A stretch of 49,094 nucleotides of DNA from Prasinococcaceae sp. CCMP 1430. Lineage: Eukaryota; Plantae; Prasinodermophyta. The notes beneath the pieces were generated by a model. It was not told the origin of the DNA. It worked only from the letters and a program-made list of their open reading frames with translations, and searched no databases. Both the position numbers and the translations under genes were made by a program. Within the stretch, counting starts at the first letter, position 1, and each line of letters begins with the position of its first letter. The stretch is taken from the NCBI GenBank assembly GCA_013416795.1, contig RQSC01000014.1, positions 57,920-107,013 on the forward strand, in the 5' to 3' direction. Shown here in pieces: positions 41,171 through 49,094 of the stretch.

Positions 41171-43846
41171 TCATCGCGGGCCAGCGACTGTCTCCGCGAC
41201 GCATCTCGCGCGGAAGAGTTGCTGCTCGACCTGCGGCGCGTCGATGGCGACTCCCTCGATGAGCTGGGCGAGCACGGTGGCCTTGTCCTCCTCCGAGCGC
41301 AACCGGTCGACCACCGTGTCGTTCGTCGACGCGCTGGGCACATACTTGCCTTGCTCGAGTTCCTCGAAACGCCGCGCGGCCTGCTGCGCGCCCAGCGTGG
41401 CCACCAGCGTGGCGGTGCGCCTGTTGACAGCATCGGTCTGCGCCCGCCGGCTGGCCTCCTCCTTCTCGCGCCCGTCCTTGACCGCAGCCGCTGCGCTCTC
41501 CAGCGTCTCCGCCAGAATTGCGCGCTGGTCTTCGAGCTCCTCCATGCGCCCCTCTGAAGTCTCCACCTCCTTTTCCGTCTGCTTCACCTGGCGCTTCAGC
41601 TCGGCCAGCTGCTTGTTGAGCGCCGCCTGCGTGAGCACTCCCGTCTTCTTGTTGTTGGCTTGCGCGCGTCCCTTCGTGGAGATCATCTCACGCTTCTGGA
41701 TGGCACGCTCCATGTCCTGCATGAGCTGCTCGCTCCGCTTCTGCAGCTCGGTGTGTCTGACTTGCATGCGGTGGATCTCCTTGCGCATGGCGGCGACCGC
41801 GGTATTGCCCAGCTTGGGGTCGATGGCAGCCTGCGTCTCCTTCTCCAGCTGAATCTTGCGCTCCCAGAGCATGATCTGGCGTTCGGTCTCAATGAGCTCG
41901 TTGAGCAGATCGCGCTTCTCCGCGCGCGTGGCCTCAATACGCGCCTCGGTGCGCACGGCCTCTGCCTCGAGTTCCTTGAGCGAGTTGACAATGCTCGTCT
42001 CCAGGTTGAAGTTGTCGTTAGTGAGCGAGCTCTGCAGGCTGGTATTCCTGGAGATCATTGTGTTGAGGCGCACCATGTCGGTGTGCATGGCGCTCATGCT
42101 ACGCTGCAGGTCGTGGATGTCGCGGCGGTGTGTGTTGAACTGCGCGTCCAGGCGAGCATGGCGCTGTTCGAGCACCGTCCGCTCGCTCTTCTGCCGAGCC
42201 ACGCGTTCGGCGAGCGCGTTGTTCGCGTTCACAAGCGCGACGAGCTCAGTCTGGAAGCCCACCCACCGCCGCTGCAGGTCGCCGCTCTCCAAGACCTTGG
42301 TGGCGATCTCTTTCTTCAGATTGACGATGGTCGCCTCGAGGGGGCCCGTGTTCTCCTCTTCGACGTTGGCCGTGAGCTTCTCGTACTGAAGGTTGAGTTT
42401 GACGACCTCGTTGGTCTTCATTTCGATCTGGAGCGTGCGGCGGTGGATCTCCATCTCGTGCTTCTCGATCTGCGCGCTCTTCTGGCGAAGCTCGGAGTCG
42501 AGCGCCCCGAGGGCCTCCTCGAGGCGCGTGTTGTGTGCCTGCGTGTTGAGCACGTCCACGCGCATCTTGGCAAGCTCATTCGACATTTTCACCGCGGCCA
42601 TCTGCTGGTCGGCGATCACCTTGCGCGCCTTGCGGCTCGCCTGCACAGTCGCGCGCGACTGCTTCTCTACGGTGGTCTGTTCTGACAGGCTCTCGAGCAT
42701 CTTGAGCTCAAGTTCCTTGACCTCGTTGTTGACCTTGACGATGGAACGATCCATTGAATTGATGTCGCTCTCGATGGTTGCGCCCTCGGAGCGTGCGCGA
42801 TCACTCTGCTCCTCAGTGCGCACGAGCGTCTTCTGGAGCGCGCCATACTCGGCCTTCAGTTCTTCCTGGCGCTCCTGGATGCTCGCGATGGTCTTTTTGA
42901 GGTACTCGGCCTCAGCCTCAACCTTGCGCTGCACATCTGTGAGCTGCTCGTTCTTCTCCTGCTCGGCGCGGATTTGGCGCTTGAAGCCCTCGATCTCCTG
43001 CTCGATGGCGCGCTCCTGCTCCGTCTGCTTGCGCAGCGCCTCCTCTGTGGCCTGTAGCGCCTCGTCGCGCCGCGCCATCGCAATCAGCGAGCTTTTCCAC
43101 TGCTGTGTGAGCTGCTTTTTCTCGAAGTGGATCGACTCCATCTCAGCATCAGCGCTCGCTAGCGTCTCTCGCGCGCCGCGCGTCTCCTGCGCTTGCGCCA
43201 CGCGCTGTGCCTCGTACAACGCCAGCCGCTGGTGCAGCGCCTTGAGCTGCTCCTGCAGGCCGTCGATGAGCACGTCTTGCTCGGCCTTCTCCTTCTCCGC
43301 TTTGACCACGCTCTCCTCGGCGACGTACGTGGCGCGGCGCGTTACGGCGATCTCGCTCTTCATCTGCTCGTTGTATGCCTCGATCTGCTTGAGCGTCGCG
43401 GCCAGCGCGTCGAGTTCTTTCTGCAGCGCGTCGGCAGCGCGACGGTCCTCATCGCGCTTTCCAGCCGCCTCCGACAGAGCCTCCTCGAGGCGGGCCTTGT
43501 CTTCTTCTGCACTGGATCGATGCTCCTGCACGGTGGCTAGCTTTTCGTGCGTCTTTTCCAGTCCCATCTGCATGCGTGCGAGCTCCTGCTGCACGCCATA
43601 GAGCTCGACGCCAACGTCCTCGCGGCGCTTCTTGGCCTTCTTGAGCGCGTTCTCCTTCTCGCGGAGTTCTTCGCCCGCTCGGCGCTTGGAGTCGAGCAGC
43701 TGCTTGCGCAGCGCCTCCTGGGCGCGCGCGAAGAGTGGGTGCTCCGGATTGATGTCGCCCGCATCCTCGTCTAGGAAGAGGCTGTTGGCGTCATCGTCGG
43801 GCGGCGGCGCGCGGTCAAAGTCCGCCTCGGCGTTCCGGTCTGCCAT
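41171..43846 (-). CDS. CCDC40: Coiled-coil domain-containing protein 40 (FAP172), axonemal 96-nm ruler subunit (about 891 aa)
   Basis: NPEHPLFARAQEALRKQL..REDVGVELYGVQQELARMQ; KKQLTQQWKSSLIAMARRDEAL; EENTGPLEATI; IMLWERKIQLEKE; MRKEIHRMQVR. Long coiled coil. Confidence 0.9.
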   Translation of the reverse strand: MADRNAEADFDRAPPPDDDANSLFLDEDAGDINPEHPLFARAQEALRKQLLDSKRRAGEELREKENALKKAKKRREDVGVELYGVQQELARMQMGLEKTHEKLATVQEHRSSAEEDKARLEEALSEAAGKRDEDRRAADALQKELDALAATLKQIEAYNEQMKSEIAVTRRATYVAEESVVKAEKEKAEQDVLIDGLQEQLKALHQRLALYEAQRVAQAQETRGARETLASADAEMESIHFEKKQLTQQWKSSLIAMARRDEALQATEEALRKQTEQERAIEQEIEGFKRQIRAEQEKNEQLTDVQRKVEAEAEYLKKTIASIQERQEELKAEYGALQKTLVRTEEQSDRARSEGATIESDINSMDRSIVKVNNEVKELELKMLESLSEQTTVEKQSRATVQASRKARKVIADQQMAAVKMSNELAKMRVDVLNTQAHNTRLEEALGALDSELRQKSAQIEKHEMEIHRRTLQIEMKTNEVVKLNLQYEKLTANVEEENTGPLEATIVNLKKEIATKVLESGDLQRRWVGFQTELVALVNANNALAERVARQKSERTVLEQRHARLDAQFNTHRRDIHDLQRSMSAMHTDMVRLNTMISRNTSLQSSLTNDNFNLETSIVNSLKELEAEAVRTEARIEATRAEKRDLLNELIETERQIMLWERKIQLEKETQAAIDPKLGNTAVAAMRKEIHRMQVRHTELQKRSEQLMQDMERAIQKREMISTKGRAQANNKKTGVLTQAALNKQLAELKRQVKQTEKEVETSEGRMEELEDQRAILAETLESAAAAVKDGREKEEASRRAQTDAVNRRTATLVATLGAQQAARRFEELEQGKYVPSASTNDTVVDRLRSEEDKATVLAQLIEGVAIDAPQVEQQLFRARCVAETVAGPR

Positions 43847-44337
43847 CGTAGCGCTCGCGGCGGCCGCTGCCACGCGCCGCGCGCCGTGCGGGACGGCTGG
43901 CGGCGGCGCGCGCCGAACGCGCCGCAAACGGGCGCCGCGCGCGCGCGCGGCCTCCTCGCTCGGGGAACCGCCCGAGCGGGCGCCGCCCCCGGGTCTGACC
44001 ACGGGACAGACCCGGGTCAGGCTCACCTCGAAGCGGCGGAACGAACGGGTCAGAGTCGCTCAGAACGGAAAAGGCTCGGGGCAGACCAGGTTCGCCCGCG
44101 CGCGCGCGCGGCCGCGCTCCGCCGGGATGCTCCGAAAGCGCTCCGAAATTCCGGATGCGTTCCTTTTTGTGTTTGCGTTCATTTCTTTGATTTTTCTTTC
44201 TTTCCTCAGAAAGAAAACCAATCCGCGTTTTTTTTTCCGCCGCCCGCGCGCCCTTGTTCTTGGTGCACGTGCGCGTCTCCCTGGGACCCGGTTTGGCTAG
44301 GGTGTGCGGCGCACTCGGCAGTGCCACACGGGCGAAG

Positions 44338-44340
<3 letters not shown>

Positions 44341-44387
<47 letters not shown>
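44341..44387 (+). repeat. Poly-C tract (47 C), 65 nt upstream of the SDHAF3 ATG
   Basis: Directly visible. Confidence 0.9.
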
Positions 44388-44452
44388 ATCCTTACCCGCT
44401 CCCCGCCGTGGCCTTCCCCGCCAAGTGCTGGGGTCCGGCGGGGGAGGGGCCG

Positions 44453-44839
44453 ATGGCCACTCGGCAGATGGTCGCCGAGGGCGCCGCGCTGCTGCGGACA
44501 GTGCTGCGCACGCACCGCGAGTGCCTGCCCGCGCCCGTGCGCGCGCTCGGCGACGGCTACGTGCTCAGCGAGTTCCGAGCCGTCGCGGACAAGGCGCGCA
44601 AGGGCGAGCTCGTCGACGCGCACGCGGCGTCCTTCCGCGAGGAATGGATCAAGTACGTCGCGCATGTGCGAGCCCGCGCCGGTGGCGGCACCGACGCCAA
44701 TGCGATGGGCTTCTTTTCACTCGAGGCCGAGCAGCTCGCCGCCGAAATGAGTGACGAACAGCGCGTCTCGCTCGCCAAGCTGCAGCAGGAGGCCTTCAAG
44801 ATTCGAGGAGGGGGCAGCGAGGGAGATGATAGCCCATGA
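44453..44839 (+). CDS. SDHAF3: Succinate dehydrogenase assembly factor 3 (Sdh7/ACN9, LYR family), 128 aa
   Basis: LLRTVLRTHRECLPAPVRALGDGYVLSEFR..F..EW..Y..MSDEQRVSL.KL. Confidence 0.85.
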   Translation: MATRQMVAEGAALLRTVLRTHRECLPAPVRALGDGYVLSEFRAVADKARKGELVDAHAASFREEWIKYVAHVRARAGGGTDANAMGFFSLEAEQLAAEMSDEQRVSLAKLQQEAFKIRGGGSEGDDSP

Positions 44840-45280
44840 GTCGGGAGAGATTTTTAATATCTAATACGCGCCCGTGCGCGCGGCCTGCCGGGAGCGCTGG
44901 ATGCGCAGGCACGGAGGCGCGCTCTGAGGTAAGCGCGCAGCCTCTGCGCGGCGGCGACTGCACCCTCATCCTTGTTTGCGCGCGCTGGTCCGTGATTACA
45001 CACTTTACGATGTACCCACCGAGGGCAAGGCCCGCTGAGCGAGACACAAGTACTCACCTCTGACAACATGAGACCGCATGTGTGCCGCCGCCGCGGCGAG
45101 CGTGCGCGTCTGCCCACGCCGCTGACACACGCCCCGCCTCAATCCTCTGCGGCTGTGCTCGCCACTCGCTGCCGCTGCAAGACAAGCTCAGGACGTGGCT
45201 CGAGTCAGAGCGTGTGTAACATATTGCATTAACATTCGTTCGCTCACTCACTCGGCGGCTGCGGCGCCATCGGACGAGAC

Positions 45281-46301
45281 TCACTTGATGTCGTCCTCGC
45301 GGCGCTTGGAGACGACCTCGTCGACAATGCCGTGTTCGATAGCCTCCTGAGCGTCCATGTATCTGTCGCGCTCGAGCAGCGTGCCGAGCACTTCAGTGCC
45401 CAGGCCAGTGTGCTCGTCATAAATGTCGATGAGCCTCTTGCGCGTTTTGATGATCTCCTCGGCAACGATGGCGATGTCGCTCGCTGTGCCCTGCGTGCCG
45501 CCACTCGGCTGATGCACCATCACGCTCGTATTGGGCAGCACGAAACGCTTGCCCTGCGTCGCGTGCGGGCGGGGTACACAGCGGGTGTCAGCACAATACT
45601 CAAATCGATTACCACGGCGGCGACAGGCACCCGCCTCAACCGAGGCCACAACGCACCTTCGCGCCCGCAGAAAGCAACAGGCTGCCCATGGAGTAACACT
45701 GCCCCATCCCGATTGTGCGCACGTCACAAGAGATGTATTGCATCGTGTCATAGATCGAGAGCCCCGCAGTGACGGAGCCGCCAGGCGAGTTAATGTACAG
45801 CGTGACATCGGCATGGGGGTCCTGCGCCTCGAGCACGAGAAGCTGGGCGCCGACTGCTGTGGCTGCCTGGTCATTGACGGGGCCAGTCAAGTAAATCACG
45901 CGCTCTCGCAGGAGCTACAGACGCGAGCGCGGAACGTGCGGGTGCGCACGTGGAGGGCACAGCGAATGGCAGAGGGAGGCACGCGTGCATGCGCGCGAAG
46001 GATATTGGGTTTGTGGCGCGGGGACACTGTGTCAGATAGGATGCGCAATAATCGCGGCAGCTGGCTAGACACCTGCTGAAGATCCGTGGCAACAACTGGT
46101 ACGTGGTCGCGCGGCTCTGCGCAGCGGCGCTAGTAGTGACTAGTGGACTGGCGACTCTGGTGGCGCTCGCTCGGGGTTGCGCACGCCATGCTTGCGGGGC
46201 CTGTGCACGAGAGCGGGCAAAGCACGCACCCTGGAGAACAGGTCAGAGAATGCAGCCCCGCGGCCTGGGAGGTCCTCGTACACCATGGGGAGGTATGCCA
46301 T
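45281..46301 (-). CDS. CLPP: ATP-dependent Clp protease proteolytic subunit, mitochondrial-type (ClpP2). Exons 46301-46230, 45914-45657, 45553-45281; presequence may extend upstream
   Basis: LPMVYED..GRG..SDLFSR|[43 protein letters not shown]|[23 protein letters not shown]. Ser-His-Asp triad intact and splice sites canonical. Confidence 0.93.
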
Positions 46302-47102
46302 GCCGCGTCGGTCATGCCCCCGCCAGACGCGTTCGCGCTGCGCCCTCGGGGCAGCACCCACGCCAATAGCCGCGGCGGCGCCGACGCCTGCGCTCGTGCC
46401 CGCAGTCGCGGCCGCTCCGCGCGCGTGGCGCGGGCGGCGCACCCGCGGCCGAGATCCAAACGACGCGTTCCGGAGGTCATTTTGAATGGCATCATGTAAC
46501 ACAGGTGAAATATGGAATGTTTAACCCACGGGATACTCCATGTCCCTCCAGCGCAGACCTCCCAATCTGATCCGGCGTCCGGCGAACCATGATTTTGTTT
46601 TTGTTTTTATTTTGTTTTTGATTTTGATTTTCGGATGTTCTGCACGCGAATTTTGTTAGGGTAAGATCGAAAGTAGGGCCCATAATTTGGGCGGGATCAA
46701 TATCATTTTTACCTGTCACGCTCAGGGTGGAGGTTTGGGTTGAGCGGACCGCTCGCGCGCGACCATCGCGAGCACGCGCGCCGCGCGGGATCGCGCCCGC
46801 GCCGCAATCCGCCGCGGGAAGAGCACGTGCGTGACGTGCGTGTGTGTCTGTGTGCGTGTGTGTGTGCGCGCGTGCGAACAAGGGGGGGCGCGGAGGCAAA
46901 GGCAAAAAACAAATTCGCTGGCCGCCGTTTCCTGAGAATGTCAACAAAATGAGTGCGAAAATTGCGGTATTCCAGCCGCACAGAGGGAGACGCCCGCACG
47001 GGCGCGTCGGAGGGCCACGGCCGTCAGAGAGAGAGGCGCTCAGAGAGTTTGATATGCAGGTAGGTTGTGTTACACGCGACGCCGCGCGACTCCCAGCACC
47101 GC

Positions 47103-48980
47103 TCACAGCTTGAGGTCGAGGACGCTCACGCGGTTGTTGGAGAAGCACGCCGCCAGCCTCTCGCCCTTGGGGGTCCACGCCAGCTCGAAGATGCCGCCAG
47201 TGCCCTTGTAGCTCTTGACCAGCGAGCCGTCGGCCACGCTCCACACGTGCACCCACTGGTCGAACGAGCCGCTGGCGAGGTACTTGCCGTCGGGCGAAAA
47301 GGCCACCGTGTACACGGGATCCTTGTGGTTGCTCAGCGTGTACAGGCACTTGCCGGCGTCCACGTCCCACACGCGCACCGTCGAGTCGAAGCTCGCAGAC
47401 GCGAGCAGGCTGGTGGCCCCCGGGCCGGTGCCGGCGGGCGCGAACTCGACCGTGTAGATTTCCTTCTTGTGTTCCCGCATGACGTGCAAGCACTCGCCCT
47501 TCTCCACGCTCCAGATGCGCACCGTGCAGTCGTCCGAGCAGCTCGCCAGCACGCGACCTGTGGGGTCCCAGCGCACGGCGTTGACGTCGTTCGAGTGACC
47601 CGAGTCGTTGCCGTCCTTGGGCGAGCCCTTGAAGGAGCACACGGGCTCGTCCTTGTCCACCTCGCACACGTAGATGTTCGAGTCTGTGGAGCACGTCGCG
47701 AACGTGGTGTCGTCGCGCCAGGCGACGTCGAGCACAGGCGCCTCGTGCAGCCTGTACTGCTGCTTGATCGCCCCGCTGCTCACGTCCCACACGACGCTGG
47801 TCTTGTCCACACTTCCGCTCAGGAGCAAGTTGCCGCTCCCGTTGAACTTCAGCGTGAAGACCGCCCCCTTGTGCTGTGCGTGCGTGGCCTTGAGCTCCCC
47901 AGCGCTGGTCCACAGCCGTGTCACCCCGTCGTAGCTTCCCGTCGCCAGCAGGGTCCCCTCCTTGTTCCAGTCAAGCGTCGTGACGTCCTTGTCACGGTCA
48001 CCTGCCTTGTTGTTCTGGAAGTGTTTGAGCACCACCTGCTCCGTCTGGCCGCCCCCAGTGCCCACACCCCAGATGCGGGCGGTCGAGTCGCCGGAGCCAC
48101 TCGCCAGCTGCTCTCCGGAGGGGCTCCACGCGCACGTGAAGACCTCATTGCCATGGCCCTCGAGCGTGAGCACGTCCGCAGCCGCCACGAGGCTAAGGTT
48201 TTCGCCCGCCCCGTCCGCGTCCGCCGTGGCACCCCCGCCGTTTGCACCTTCCTCCGTGTCCATCGGCTCCGGCTCCTCCGCCTTGACGGCCCCCTTGCCC
48301 CCTTTGTCCTTGCTACCCATCTTCGCCTTGGCCGCCGCGCTGGGGCCAACCTTGCCCGCGGCTTTGCGGTCGCGGATGACCTCCTTGAGCTCGTCGACGT
48401 CCTTGGTCAGCAGGTCGTCCGAAGTCAGGTGGGCGAAGTCACCCTCCACATCTTGGCCGTCGTCGGCAAGGTTGGCCTCGAGCTCGAGGTACTGCAGCCC
48501 CTTCTGTATAAAGCTCACGAGTGCACCAGGCGGCACGTCGCTCGCATCGACCTTGGCCTGGTGGACAAAGCTGCGCGGCCGCAAGGGCAGGGGCGGGCCG
48601 AAGCGGCGGCGCGGGCGGGCGGCGAGGATTTTGAGGGTGATCGCGCGGGGGTCAGCAACCCGCGCCCGCGCGCAGGCGGACAGGCGCGCCGGGGCGCGCA
48701 CTGGGGGGTGCTCACTTGGCGGCGCCTAGGGGAAAGGCGCCGCGGACACCCCTGGGCAGAGCGCTGCGTCGCGCCTCCGCCCGGGCCCCGCCGCGGCAGG
48801 TTTCGTTCGGAGCCACCGCCAGGTTTCGGTGGCCGCGTGCCGCGGCGCGCCGCGCGCTCCCCGGGCGCCGCCCAGCGCCACGCACCTCTCGTAGCCGAAC
48901 GTGAAGGCCGTGTGGGAGAAGCCGCTCTCCTGCAGGTAGCGGTACACGAGGAAGTTGACCTCGTCGCTCGAGATCGACAT
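47103..48980 (-). CDS. TBL1: TBL1/HOS15/Ebi LisH-WD40 co-repressor subunit. Exons 48980-48886, 48570-47103 (about 520 aa)
   Basis: [53 protein letters not shown] followed by WD40 repeats. Phase-2 intron AG|GTGCGT...GCAG|C. Confidence 0.95.
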
Positions 48981-49022
48981 CACGCCCGCCGCCGCCGGCG
49001 CGCCCGCGCGCCGCCCGGCAGG

Positions 49023-49031
49023 AACCCTAAA
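49023..49031 (+). promoter_or_regulatory. Telo-box-like AACCCTAAA about 40 nt upstream of the TBL1 ATG
   Basis: Exact match to the plant telomere/telo-box sequence. Confidence 0.4.
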
Positions 49032-49094
49032 CTGCGCCTCGTGCGGGAACAACAAACGGGAGACTCGGCCCCCGCGCCGCCGCGCGCGCCGCCG

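Noticed and set aside
46073-46110. 'RIFSR' / 'DLQQ|' with a GT donor that mimics the end of ClpP exon 1
   Set aside because: The real exon (PMVYED..SDLFSR|GTGCGT) at 46301-46230 fits phase and homology better; this copy lies inside intron 1.
45915-48885. Two 315-nt introns (ClpP intron 1, TBL1 intron) as possible introner elements
   Set aside because: Their sequences are unrelated beyond the GTGCGT donor, and no repeated intron family is visible in the window.
1-49094. CRISPR arrays, transposases, tRNA or rRNA genes, prokaryotic operons
   Set aside because: No repeat-spacer arrays, terminal inverted repeats with transposase, cloverleaf or rRNA-length homology seen; the DNA is intron-containing eukaryotic sequence.

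Overview
Gene-dense, very GC-rich eukaryotic nuclear DNA, most consistent with a green alga of prasinophyte type. This taxonomy is inference from plastid-targeted ClpR3 and CPP1, plant-type AP2 and R2R3-MYB factors, short GT-AG introns with GCTGAC/GCTAAC branch sites, TGTAA poly(A) signals and telo-boxes. I can support about 21 protein-coding genes, in order: double-AP2 factor(+), TspO-like membrane protein(-), KATNIP(+), ClpR3(-), TrmJ/SpoU methylase(+), RPS23(-), CPP1/CDF1(+), TAF5(-), orphan(+), RPAP3(-), Ac45-like(+), LETM1(-), Lys-rich ORF(-), WDR43/UTP5(+), Xaa-Pro aminopeptidase(+), R2R3-MYB(+), HEAT-like orphan(+), CCDC40(-), SDHAF3(+), mitochondrial ClpP(-), TBL1/HOS15(-). Four N gaps hide several 5' ends. 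I found no tRNA, rRNA, transposon or CRISPR array, and most short ORFs in the track are GC-rich shadow frames. The best leads are: a Lys-rich ORF ending 60 nt upstream of, and in frame with, LETM1 with no poly(A) signal between them (bicistron or read-through candidate); an RPS23 gene with no canonical ATG-GG first exon; a hairpin-dense non-coding island at about 39.2-39.5 kb; and strict strand alternation over 12-13 units. All family calls come from motif recognition by eye, with no database search.
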